From an uncultured delta proteobacterium (GTDB lineage: Bacteria; Desulfobacterota; Desulfobulbia; Desulfobulbales; Desulfurivibrionaceae): a stretch of 64,000 nucleotides of DNA. Each line of letters starts with the position of its first letter. Within the stretch, counting starts at the first letter, position 1. The position numbers were made by a program, and so were the translations under genes. The stretch lies in the NCBI GenBank assembly GCA_903869265.1, contig CAIPYE010000005.1:97292-161291 (forward strand), in the 5' to 3' direction. Below the pieces are notes generated by a model. That model made no database searches, was not told the origin of the DNA, and saw only the letters and a program-made list of their open reading frames with translations. Positions 39,010-47,766 of the stretch are shown here, in pieces.

Positions 39010-40632
39010 CTAAAAATCCTCGAACACATCCTCATCAAAAGGAATAACGGTGCTCGTTTTCTTCCCCGAAGCTGGGGCAGCAATGGCCTTGGGCTTCTTT
39101 CCTGCCGCCTTTGCGGCGGGAGGCGCGGTCAGGGCTGGGGTGGATTTCCTGCTCGCCGACCGCCCTATTTTCGATACCGAGCCGGATTTTCCCGTATCCG
39201 AAGCGGAGTCTCCCCCGCCACTGACCAGATGGTCCAACGCATCCACATACTTCTTCATGTACTCGGCTTGAGCACTCAACTCTTCCGAGGCACTGGCCGC
39301 CTCTTCCGAACTGGCCGCGGTTTGCTGGGTAACCCGATCGATCTCGCGCATCGCCGTGTTGACCTGGTCAAGCCCCTTGGTCTGCTCAGTGGAAGCAACG
39401 GCGATTTCATCCACCAAACTGCCTACCTTGGCCGCCACCTCAGCAACCTCGCAGAAATCATCATTAGTCCTGCCCAGCAGGTCCTCACCCTCTTTCACCT
39501 TCTTCACGGTGCCTTCGATAAGATCCGCGGTGTTGCGGGCCGCTTCCGCCGCCCGCATGGCCAGATTGCGGACCTCATCGGCGACCACGGCAAACCCGGC
39601 CCCGGCCTCGCCGGCCCGAGCCGCCTCTACTGCGGCATTCAGGGCCAAGAGGTTGGTTTGGAAGGCGATCTCGTCAATGGTTTTGATAATCTTCGAAGTC
39701 TGCTCGCTGGCCTTGGAGATTTCCTCCATGGCCACCGTTTGCGCGGCCATGGACTGATTGGCCTTGCCCATCACCGCGTTCACCTCGCGCATGAGCGTAT
39801 TGCACTCGGCAGCGTTATCGGCATTGCGCCGGGCCATGGTCGAGACCTCTTCCAGGGAGGCAGAGGTCTCCTCCAGGGAAGCGGCTTCCTCGGAGGCTCC
39901 ATCGGCCAAGCTTTGCGCCGACCCGGAAAGCTGGCCAGAAGCAGAGGTCACTTGGGCCGCACAGTCCTCCAAACCGTTAATGATCTGGCTAACCGGGGTG
40001 ATGACAAAGCGGGAAAGGCACCAGTACACGGTAAAACAGAGAGCTATCAACACCCCGCCGATGGCGACAAGAATAACAATCCCCAAGCGCCAAGAGGCCG
40101 CGGTCAATTCCTCCTCTGTGGTCTGCACCATCTCCTCAATGCGGCGGGACACTTCAGCAGAGTTTTTCTCAACCCCGGCAAAGCTCAAACCCACCTCGAC
40201 AGATCCGATGGTCTTGCCATCGAACAGGATTTCCTTGCGCAGGGTTTCCTTGGCTTCTCCCTGCCCCGTGGCCTGGGCAACCACACTTTTATCCTTGCCG
40301 TAAAAAACCACGGAGACAACGTCTTCATCATTCTTGGCGTTGTCCGCAAGTCTGGTCAGGGAATCGAAATCATACCCGACGATCAGAGCCGATCCTGTCT
40401 GGGCCAGAAGAGCGGCAATGGAATTGCCTTTCTTCCTCAGCTCCGCAGCAAGCAGTTTTTCCTGCTCTGCCTGCTCGGACTTCAGCCGGTTGACAAACCC
40501 TGCCGCCTGCTTGGACTGGGAGTGGCTGGCGGTGTAAATAGCCACCGCCGCCAGCACGACCATCAAACCCTGCGCCAGGACGGAAACGATGAGAATAAAC
40601 CTGGCGGCAATTCCTCTTTTCTTCGAAGCCAT
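39010..40632 (-). CDS. Methyl-accepting chemotaxis protein (two TM, periplasmic domain of about 150 aa, HAMP, MA domain)
   Basis: The highly conserved signalling hairpin is present: [55 protein letters not shown]. The C-terminus ends DVFEDF. Confidence 0.92.
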   Translation of the reverse strand: MASKKRGIAARFILIVSVLAQGLMVVLAAVAIYTASHSQSKQAAGFVNRLKSEQAEQEKLLAAELRKKGNSIAALLAQTGSALIVGYDFDSLTRLADNAKNDEDVVSVVFYGKDKSVVAQATGQGEAKETLRKEILFDGKTIGSVEVGLSFAGVEKNSAEVSRRIEEMVQTTEEELTAASWRLGIVILVAIGGVLIALCFTVYWCLSRFVITPVSQIINGLEDCAAQVTSASGQLSGSAQSLADGASEEAASLEETSASLEEVSTMARRNADNAAECNTLMREVNAVMGKANQSMAAQTVAMEEISKASEQTSKIIKTIDEIAFQTNLLALNAAVEAARAGEAGAGFAVVADEVRNLAMRAAEAARNTADLIEGTVKKVKEGEDLLGRTNDDFCEVAEVAAKVGSLVDEIAVASTEQTKGLDQVNTAMREIDRVTQQTAASSEEAASASEELSAQAEYMKKYVDALDHLVSGGGDSASDTGKSGSVSKIGRSASRKSTPALTAPPAAKAAGKKPKAIAAPASGKKTSTVIPFDEDVFEDF

Positions 40633-40651
40633 TTACGATCCCCCGGATTCG

Positions 40652-41545
40652 TTAGTTGGCAAAGGCCCCATACTTAAGCGCCTTCAGGCATTCCCGCACG
40701 CTTTTGAAATCGGCAGGCGGCGCCCAGCCGAGGATTCCGGCTTTTTTTGCCGCATCGGTATCAGGCTTTATCGCGATGAGGGCATCGGCGAGTTTCTTGG
40801 CCTTGGCCGCATCAACATGCTTAGCCACAGCCATGGGCCACTCGGGATACAGCTCGGTGCTGTGCACAAAGGGGAAGCTGTCTTTGACCTGGTTGATGAT
40901 TTTGAAATCAGCCATGGATATCTTGCCTTCTGCCGCCATGGCCTCCATGACGTCGCTGCGCACGGTGCCGGCATCCATGGCCCCGTTCTTCACGGCGAGA
41001 ACCACGTTGTCATGCTTGCCGCCTTCCTTGAACTCGGCAAAATCCTTCTTGTAATCGATTCCGTTCTGCAACAGAAGCCGCAGCGCCATCTGTCCGCCGC
41101 CAAAGGAAGACGCCTTCACCACCATGAATTTCTTGCCTTTAAGATCGGCAAGCGTATTGATGGGGCTGTCCTTGCGCACAAAGATCACGCCGCCGAACTC
41201 CTTGACCGGCTTGCCGCCCGCCGAGTTGACCTGCATGGCAATAGCCTTGGCGCCGTACAGTTTTTCCATCTCCACATAAAAAGCGGAATTTGCCAGCATG
41301 AAATCGATTTTGCCGTCTTTCAGCATGGGCTCAATGGCGGCAAACTCTATGGGCATAATGGTAACCGGTTCTCCCATCTTGTCGGTGAGGTACGCCCCGG
41401 TGGCGGTCCATTCCTCCATGACCTTGGGCGCACCCCGCAGAGCAAGGATGCCGATCTTGATTTCCGCCTGAGCTGCGGCGACAAACATGACGCTGGCCAC
41501 AAGAGCCAGACCCATCACTCCGATTTTCTTCATGCTGCTTCCCAT
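40652..41545 (-). CDS. PhnD-like periplasmic substrate-binding protein
   Basis: Signal peptide, then EIKIGILALRG...KIDFMLANSAFY...GKKFMVVKASSFGG, a pattern of the phosphonate-binding SBP family. AAGGAGA SD before ATG 41545. Confidence 0.7.
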   Translation of the reverse strand: MGSSMKKIGVMGLALVASVMFVAAAQAEIKIGILALRGAPKVMEEWTATGAYLTDKMGEPVTIMPIEFAAIEPMLKDGKIDFMLANSAFYVEMEKLYGAKAIAMQVNSAGGKPVKEFGGVIFVRKDSPINTLADLKGKKFMVVKASSFGGGQMALRLLLQNGIDYKKDFAEFKEGGKHDNVVLAVKNGAMDAGTVRSDVMEAMAAEGKISMADFKIINQVKDSFPFVHSTELYPEWPMAVAKHVDAAKAKKLADALIAIKPDTDAAKKAGILGWAPPADFKSVRECLKALKYGAFAN

Positions 41546-41689
41546 GATACTTCTCCTTGCTGTATTGGTTGTCTGCTTTTCCCGGATGACCCGGAACCCC
41601 AACTGGCACGACAGGGAACCTTAGGGCTCAGGCCAACGGCCATGCGCCGTAAGCACAATCGCATAGGTAATAACACCCACACAGTATTT

Positions 41690-41719
41690 ATTGTATAATT
41701 TTCGAACAGATAGTGTCAA
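41690..41719 (-). promoter_or_regulatory. Candidate sigma-70 promoter for the SBP-MCP pair
   Basis: The minus strand reads TTGACA-N16-TATACAAT, about 145 nt upstream of ATG 41545. Confidence 0.4.
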
Positions 41720-41754
41720 AGATAATTATCCTTTTTGAAAAAAATCCTACAGGA

Positions 41755-42450
41755 TCACTGGGCCAGACAGAGACCGTCCCGGACCAGGATGGTCCGGTCG
41801 CCATGGCGGCAGGCATCCGGGTTGTGCGTTACCATGATGATGGTCAACCCCTCCTTGTTCAACTGGCGAAGCAGCCCCATGACCCCTTCGGCCGTCTCGC
41901 TGTCCAGGCTGCCGGTGGGCTCGTCGGCCAGCAGGATGGGCGGACGGTTGACAATGGCCCGGGCAATGGCGACCCGTTCCTGCTCGCCGCCGGAAAGCTG
42001 ATCCGGCAAACGTTCCGCCTTGGGGCCAAGCCCCACCTTCTCAAGAACCGAGTGGGCCATGCCGTCTTGCTCTTTAGCGGAAATCCCGGTGATGGCCATG
42101 GGCAGTTTGATGTTTTCCAGCACCGTCAGGTAGGGAATGAGCTGGAAGGACTGGAAGATAATGCCGATATATTCGCTGCGAAAATCCGCCCGCTGTTCGC
42201 TGCTCAACCCATAGACATCCAGAGAATCCACGAGAACCTGCCCCCGGCTCGGGTGATTGAGCCCGCCGAGCACGGCCAGCAGGGTGCTTTTCCCGGAGCC
42301 GGATTGGCCCATGATGCTGATGAATTCGCCGTCGTCCACCTGAAACTTCATATGCCGGATGGCGCTTACCGTGTTTGCCCCGGTCTGATAATCCTTGCCG
42401 ATATCCCTGATCTCGATGAGATGGCGCACTGCATTTTCTCTTGTTTGCAT
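41755..42450 (-). CDS. ABC transporter ATP-binding protein (MacB/LolD/FtsE type)
   Basis: GQSGSGKSTLL (Walker A), LSGGEQERVAIARA (signature) and LLADEPTGSLD (Walker B). Confidence 0.92.
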   Translation of the reverse strand: MQTRENAVRHLIEIRDIGKDYQTGANTVSAIRHMKFQVDDGEFISIMGQSGSGKSTLLAVLGGLNHPSRGQVLVDSLDVYGLSSEQRADFRSEYIGIIFQSFQLIPYLTVLENIKLPMAITGISAKEQDGMAHSVLEKVGLGPKAERLPDQLSGGEQERVAIARAIVNRPPILLADEPTGSLDSETAEGVMGLLRQLNKEGLTIIMVTHNPDACRHGDRTILVRDGLCLAQ

Positions 42451-42459
42451 GGATTCTCC

Positions 42460-43617
42460 TTACAGGGCCCGCAGAGCTTCACTGGGGTCAAGACTGCTGC
42501 CCTTCCTGGCCGGATAGAGGCTGGCCAGCAGGCTGAGGGAAATGGAAAGCAGGATGGCCAGTCCGCCGAGGGAAAGATTCACCCCGGCAAAGGTTCCGTT
42601 GGGGATAACCAGGGGCAACACCGCCCAGGCGATGAGATTGCCGCTGACAAAACCCAGAAAGCCGCCAAGAAACCCGACCACTATGGCCTCCAGCAGAATG
42701 ATCTGCATGACATGGCCCCGCCTAAAACCGATGGCCCGAAAAATGCCGATCTCGCGGGTCCGTTCGTTCACTGCGCCCATCATGGTGACAAAGACCAGAA
42801 GCGAGCCGATGAAGATCACCAACGCGGCAATGCCGTAGCTGAAGGCCTTGAACAACTCGACGGACTGCATCTTGGCCATCACCGCCTGCTTGAGCGCCGT
42901 CACCTTGGCGGTGGGAAATTTTTCAGCAAGTTGCAGGACCATCTCCGTGATCGGGCAATCCCGACAAAAAGCAGCGATCTCCACCAGGGAAATAACGCCC
43001 TTCTTGCCCAATACCTCCTGCACACCATGGAGATCGCCGATAATCATGCCATCTTCCGCCGCCCCGGTGGGCTGGAGGATGGCGACCACGGTGAAGGTCC
43101 GTCGGCCAAGGGGCACGGTGTTGCCGATGGCAAGATCCAGGGCCGAAGCCGCCTCGGCCCCGACGATCAGATCACCTGAAGTCGCGGGAGGGGTTCCGTC
43201 CAGATGCCACCAGGTTTTCAACGGGAGTTCCACCGCGAAGTCAACCCCCATCAGGAGCACCTGTTTGCCCATGACCTGGGACGCGCCGAGAACCTTGGGG
43301 GCCACCGCCCCGAGATTTTGACGGTTTTCAATCTCCCTGATTCCGGCGATATCTTTTTCGGCAAACTCCTGAACCGCATAGTTCACCCCGCCCACCGTGA
43401 TGCCGCCATAGCTCAGGGCAAGGTTCTCGCTTTTAGGAACCATGACGATGTTGGCGCCAAACCGGTCCAGCCTGTCCTCGATATCGCGGGTCATGCTTTC
43501 CGTGATGGACAACAGGGTGACAATGGTGGAGATCCCCAGCACCAGGCCGAGCACGAGAAAAATCACCTTTCCCTTGCGGCGCTTGAGGTTGTTACAAGAG
43601 ATATGATAGAGCTTCAT
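42460..43617 (-). CDS. FtsX-like ABC permease with a periplasmic domain containing a CxxC
   Basis: 385 aa with MacB/FtsX 4-TM topology. The periplasmic segment contains AAFCRDCPITEM. Confidence 0.85.
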   Translation of the reverse strand: MKLYHISCNNLKRRKGKVIFLVLGLVLGISTIVTLLSITESMTRDIEDRLDRFGANIVMVPKSENLALSYGGITVGGVNYAVQEFAEKDIAGIREIENRQNLGAVAPKVLGASQVMGKQVLLMGVDFAVELPLKTWWHLDGTPPATSGDLIVGAEAASALDLAIGNTVPLGRRTFTVVAILQPTGAAEDGMIIGDLHGVQEVLGKKGVISLVEIAAFCRDCPITEMVLQLAEKFPTAKVTALKQAVMAKMQSVELFKAFSYGIAALVIFIGSLLVFVTMMGAVNERTREIGIFRAIGFRRGHVMQIILLEAIVVGFLGGFLGFVSGNLIAWAVLPLVIPNGTFAGVNLSLGGLAILLSISLSLLASLYPARKGSSLDPSEALRAL

Positions 43618-43645
43618 CTGTTTTTTTCCGCGCAGTCAGGGAGCC

Positions 43646-44098
43646 CTACTGGCCTCCGGTGGCTGCACCCTCCTTTTTCATGGTGTGCATCCGCTGGCTG
43701 TGGCCCACCTCGTTGAGAAGCACCGCCTGCGTCCCCTGTTTCAGGAGAAAGGCGGAAATCCTTGCCGTATCAAGCGCCCCCTTGTTGTACGTGACGACAA
43801 CCCGCGCGCCATGCCCGTCCACCACCACATCGCGCACCCCGTCCTGTTTTTTAAGTTCCGCCAGTGCCTGTTCCGACTGGGATCGCTCCCCGGACAGTTT
43901 ATAAATGGCGTCCTCAAGCTGACGGTTTTGCAGAAAGGCGATGGATCTGGGGATGACAACCATGCCCAGACCAAGAAGAATGACGAGGGCGACAAAGCAC
44001 GCCACAGGGCCAAACCCCAGACCCCGCTTCTTCACCCCCAGAACCCGTTCCCGTTTTTCCCGGTATTTTTCAAGATCGTAAGCCATCCGTGGTGTCAT
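43646..44098 (-). CDS. Single-TM hypothetical protein, possibly with a ferredoxin-like/HMA-like extracytoplasmic fold but no CxxC
   Basis: TM segment PVACFVALVILLGLGMVVI, then GVRDVVVDGHGARVVVTYNKGALD. Start uncertain: ATG 44098, or TTG 44125. Confidence 0.5.
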   Translation of the reverse strand: MTPRMAYDLEKYREKRERVLGVKKRGLGFGPVACFVALVILLGLGMVVIPRSIAFLQNRQLEDAIYKLSGERSQSEQALAELKKQDGVRDVVVDGHGARVVVTYNKGALDTARISAFLLKQGTQAVLLNEVGHSQRMHTMKKEGAATGGQ

Positions 44099-44100
44099 CC

Positions 44101-44565
44101 TTATTTTTTGTATTTGCAATACCAACTGTTCTTATCAATGTCGGCCATGGCGACCACCAGCTTATCGCCTTCAATGGTTCTGGCCAAAGATGCCGGATTG
44201 CAACCGCCCTTCACCTCGTCGATCTTGGCTGAGGGAAAATGCTGGCCGCAATTTTGACAGACCATGTCATCACCGCTCTGCTCATAGCCCCTGCCCGCAC
44301 GGTAGCAGACATCGCAGGCATCGATGGCCGTACGGATAACGCCGTCGCTGCTTTTCAGGACAAAGAACGTCACCATAACGCCATCCTTGGCCTGAACCTT
44401 AAAATGGTGGGCCTTGCCGTCATTCACGGAAGCCACCGGAATTTCCAGCCGCCCATTCGTCGGGGTAAGAGCTTTGACCTTATCCCCCCACCAACCGGCC
44501 ATGGCCGTGCCGACCAGCACCACAGACACCGCCAACGCCGCAACCGCTACAGATATTTTTTTCAC
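44101..44565 (-). CDS. DUF2318-like secreted or anchored Cys-rich protein
   Basis: GTG start after AAGGAGA. Signal/anchor MKKISVAVAALAV. DACDVCYRAGRGYEQSGDDMVCQNCGQHF...KGGCNP matches my recollection of the DUF2318 core (DAC.xC...GY.Q.G..vvC.nCg...GGCNP). Confidence 0.65.
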   Translation of the reverse strand: MKKISVAVAALAVSVVLVGTAMAGWWGDKVKALTPTNGRLEIPVASVNDGKAHHFKVQAKDGVMVTFFVLKSSDGVIRTAIDACDVCYRAGRGYEQSGDDMVCQNCGQHFPSAKIDEVKGGCNPASLARTIEGDKLVVAMADIDKNSWYCKYKK

Positions 44566-44589
44566 CCTATTTCTCCTTGGTTCATTTTC

Positions 44590-44808
44590 TCAGGGGCCAT
44601 TGCCCCCACATATCTTTCTAAAAAGCTCCCGCCAGGATGCCGTCGTTGCCGGGCAAACATTCTGGTCGCAAGTCCGACAGGCCCATGCCGTTGGGTCTCC
44701 GACAAAGGGCGGGGCCTTGGTAACACCCCACACGATCAAGGCCAGGATGCCAAGCAATCCCAATGATCCCCAAATGTATCGCATTATGTTTCCGGTTTTT
44801 GCATTCAT
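44590..44808 (-). CDS. Small TM protein with a CxxCxxxxC motif (hypothetical), first ORF after the sigma-54 promoter
   Basis: TM helix YIWGSLGLLGILALIVWGV, then WACRTCDQNVC. The start codon is ambiguous (ATG 44808 or ATG 44784) and both have weak SDs. Confidence 0.4.
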   Translation of the reverse strand: MNAKTGNIMRYIWGSLGLLGILALIVWGVTKAPPFVGDPTAWACRTCDQNVCPATTASWRELFRKICGGNGP

Positions 44809-44839
44809 CCTCGTATCCCGCCCGCCTTAAGCTCCATCA

Positions 44840-44855
44840 AGCAAGCATCATGCCA
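44840..44855 (-). promoter_or_regulatory. Sigma-54 (-24/-12) promoter
   Basis: The minus strand reads TGGCATGATGCTTGCT, against the consensus TGGCACG-N4-TTGCW. The GG and GC elements are spaced exactly as in the consensus. It lies about 32 nt upstream of the first ORF of the operon. Confidence 0.7.
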
Positions 44856-44939
44856 CCCGGACACAAACGGCTGCAACCCCGCATGACGGTATGTTACGAG
44901 ATGACAGAGAAACTGAAGACAACGAGAACAACTGGATTA

Positions 44940-44978
44940 TGGAGAATATTCGCCAAGAAGCCTGGAGAATATTCTCCA
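44940..44978. promoter_or_regulatory. Tandem 16-bp palindromes, probable enhancer (UAS) for the adjacent NtrC-type activator
   Basis: TGGAGAATATTCGCCA (44940-44955, one mismatch) and TGGAGAATATTCTCCA (44963-44978, perfect palindrome). Centres are 23 bp apart and lie about 95 and 118 bp upstream of the -24 element. Confidence 0.6.
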
Positions 44979-44992
44979 CCGAATAGAGAAAA

Positions 44993-46336
44993 TCAGATTT
45001 TGAATTTTTCCAGACGATAGATCAGGACATGACGGGGGATCTTGAGCAACCGGGCAGCTTCGGAGCGATTGCCATTGGCCTTGGCCAGGGCCTTTTTAAT
45101 CAGCCCCTGCTCCACCGCTTCTAAGGACAACCCCTCGTCCGGGATTTCCGGAAGGCCGTTTGCGCTTGCAGCTTGGGGCGAAGCGGCAAGCTGGAGTTCC
45201 TCCGCCTCTATGAGCAGCCCCTTGCGCAGGATAACCGCACGCTCGACAATGTTTTGCAGCTCGCGGATATTGCCGGGCCAAGGATGACCCTTGAGCCGGG
45301 CCAAGGCGCCGGTGGAAAATCGCACCCCGGCGGGAGCGTTCACCTTCAGGAGAAAATGCGACACCAAACCTGGAATATCCTCCCGCCGTTCCCGCAGGGG
45401 CGGAAGATGCAGGGGAATAACCCCCAGACGGTAGTAAAGATCCTCCCGGAAAGTCCCCTGACCGATGGCTGCGTACAGATCCCGGTTGGAAGCGGCTATC
45501 AGGCGGACATCCACCGGTTCCGACTGGTCCGCGCCAACCGGAGCCACCACCCGCTCTTGAATGGCGCGGAGCAGCTTGGCCTGCAGGTCCAGACGCAGCT
45601 CGCCGATTTCATCGAGAAACAGGGTGCCGCCGACCGCAGATTGAAACCGCCCCTTGCGGCTGCTCACTGCGCCGGTGAAAGCGCCTTTGACATGGCCGAA
45701 GAGTTCGCTTTCCAAAAGGTTCTCCGGGATAGCGGCACAGTTCACCGCCACCATGGGCCCTTGCGCCCTGGGGCTGTGCTGATGGATGAGCCTGGCCAGC
45801 ACCTCCTTGCCGGTGCCGGATTCTCCGGCGATGAGCACCGTGGCCTCGCTGTTGGCCGCCCGCTTTGCCGTGTCGAGCAACTCTGCCATGGCCGAATTGG
45901 CGGTTTCCATGCCTTCGGTGCCCGTGAGCCTGTTGATCTCCCCGCTCAACTGCTGTTTCTGCTCATGCAGTTCGCGCATCTCCAGGGCTTTTCGACAGGA
46001 GAGCCGCAGGGCCTCCCGGTCGAATGGCTTGGCCAAAAAAGTGAACGCCCCTTCCTGCATGGCCTTGACCGCCAGCTCGATGGAGCCGAAGGCTGTGATC
46101 ACCAACACCGGGGTAATGGGCGACTCTTTTTTCACCGCCGCCAGAACCTGCAAACCGTTCAGGTCGCCAAGCTGCACGTCGGTGATCACCAGATCCGGGC
46201 TGTGCTTATGGAAAAGCGCCAAGCCTTCTTTGCCAGAAGCTGCGCCGAACACGATGAAGCCGGCGCTGCTCAGGTTGTACTCCGTAACCCGCCGCAGGCT
46301 TGCATCGTCATCAATCAGAAGTACCCGAGGTTTCAT
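44993..46336 (-). CDS. Sigma-54-dependent response regulator (NtrC family: REC, AAA+, Fis-type HTH)
   Basis: VLLIDDD, GESGTGKEV, and the GAFTGA-type loop (here GAFTGAV). C-terminal HTH AARLLKIPRHVLIYRL. Start at ATG 46336 with GAGGA SD. Confidence 0.93.
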   Translation of the reverse strand: MKPRVLLIDDDASLRRVTEYNLSSAGFIVFGAASGKEGLALFHKHSPDLVITDVQLGDLNGLQVLAAVKKESPITPVLVITAFGSIELAVKAMQEGAFTFLAKPFDREALRLSCRKALEMRELHEQKQQLSGEINRLTGTEGMETANSAMAELLDTAKRAANSEATVLIAGESGTGKEVLARLIHQHSPRAQGPMVAVNCAAIPENLLESELFGHVKGAFTGAVSSRKGRFQSAVGGTLFLDEIGELRLDLQAKLLRAIQERVVAPVGADQSEPVDVRLIAASNRDLYAAIGQGTFREDLYYRLGVIPLHLPPLRERREDIPGLVSHFLLKVNAPAGVRFSTGALARLKGHPWPGNIRELQNIVERAVILRKGLLIEAEELQLAASPQAASANGLPEIPDEGLSLEAVEQGLIKKALAKANGNRSEAARLLKIPRHVLIYRLEKFKI

Positions 46337-46346
46337 GAAATCGTCC

Positions 46347-47498
46347 TCACCCTGTCTGCCCAATGCCTGCATCGTTTTTGGCGGGGAGCAGAATCTCAAA
46401 ACAAGCCCCGCCACCAGGACGATCAGTGGCTCGGAGGCTGCCACCGTAGCTCTCCACAATCTTCCGGCTGATCAACAGGCCAAGGCCGGTGCCATCCGCC
46501 TTGCCGGAATAAAACGGCTCGAATATCCGTTCCTTTTCCGCCTCCGGCACACCCGGTCCATCGTCGCAGACAGCGATCCGCCACCCCCCGTCCGCAGCGC
46601 TTTCGGCCAGAAGCCAGATCTGGCCGCCGGGCCGGACCGCGTCCAGAGCGTTGAGCCCGAGATTCAACAACACCTGAGAAAACTTGGCGCTTTCCACCAA
46701 CAGATGCTGGGGTTCGCCATTTTCCGGCAGGATAAAGCGCACCTGTTTTTCCCGCAACTGCCTTTCCAGCAAAGCGCCAACATGGTGGGCAACCGCTGCC
46801 AGCGTCTCCGTGGCCTCTTCCCGTTCCTGGGGCCGCCCCTTGGCATAATGGAGGATTTCCTCCACTGTGTCGTGCAGCCTCCCGGTTTCTTTAAAAAGGA
46901 TATCCACGAACTCCCGTTTGGGATGATCCTTGGGGAATTCCTCGCGGAGGATCTCCGCCGTGCCCTTGATGGAAGCGAGGGGATTTTTTATCTCGTGGGC
47001 CAAGGAAGCGGACAACTTGCCCAGGGCGGAAAATTTCTGCGCCGATGCCAGGCGGGTCTCGGCCTCGATGAGCTGGGCGGTTTCATCATGGAGCCGAACA
47101 TAGGAGGCTTGCAGTTTCTCGGACAACTGCTGGTAGCGTTCCCGCAAACGGGTCTGCCGCCCGGAGATCACTCCAACCAGCAGACCCGCCGCCAGATAGA
47201 GGACGATCTCCATCAACTCGCTTACAGCCTGGGTTCCGTGACCGACATAGAGGAGAACATGGGGGATAAAAGCAATGGAGGAGAGCACAGCAATGCCCAG
47301 GCCACCGGCCACGCCGAACCAGAGTCCGCCCAAAACAATGGGGAAATAACTGAGCCGCCGGTAGGTGTTGTGATAAAAGATGTAATCGCCGGGGGTAAAA
47401 AGATGGAGCAGGCCGATGGCTACGACTGCGATGAGCAGTGTCGAAAAAAGGATTTTAGGGGCTGTTGATGAATAATTTGTGCTTTTCAGTTTATTCAT
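46347..47498 (-). CDS. Sensor histidine kinase with a membrane-embedded N-terminal region and no obvious periplasmic domain
   Basis: About 4 TM helices, then H-box SLAHEIKNPLASIKG and an HATPase domain (DDGPGV, GTGLGL). Confidence 0.9.
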   Translation of the reverse strand: MNKLKSTNYSSTAPKILFSTLLIAVVAIGLLHLFTPGDYIFYHNTYRRLSYFPIVLGGLWFGVAGGLGIAVLSSIAFIPHVLLYVGHGTQAVSELMEIVLYLAAGLLVGVISGRQTRLRERYQQLSEKLQASYVRLHDETAQLIEAETRLASAQKFSALGKLSASLAHEIKNPLASIKGTAEILREEFPKDHPKREFVDILFKETGRLHDTVEEILHYAKGRPQEREEATETLAAVAHHVGALLERQLREKQVRFILPENGEPQHLLVESAKFSQVLLNLGLNALDAVRPGGQIWLLAESAADGGWRIAVCDDGPGVPEAEKERIFEPFYSGKADGTGLGLLISRKIVESYGGSLRATDRPGGGACFEILLPAKNDAGIGQTG

Positions 47499-47621
47499 TT
47501 ACAGCCCTTTATGCCGCTCATGTCATTTTCAAATCGAGGCTGTTTACGAACAACGGCTTACGCATACCGCCTCCGCCAAAGAAATCGTGACTGACCAGCA
47601 GAACGTTCCGTCAAAGCCACT

Positions 47622-47692
47622 GCCGTTCGCGGTGAGCCTGTCGAACCGCAATTACCGCCATACTGGCCTTCGACAAGCTCAGGCCGAACGGC
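47622..47692. repeat. Long imperfect palindromic hairpin element
   Basis: GCCGTTCG-cg-GTGAGCCTGTCGAA, a 23-nt loop, then TTCGACAAGCTCA-gg-CCGAACGGC. Translations of the arms give the SLSN and FDKLRPNG peptide artefacts. Confidence 0.6.
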
Positions 47693-47766
47693 TTCAATGG
47701 ACTGATGGAAACGATCTGGCGGAGAGAGGCAAGGCGACAGCAACAGGGGCGAAAAAAGCCGCCACC

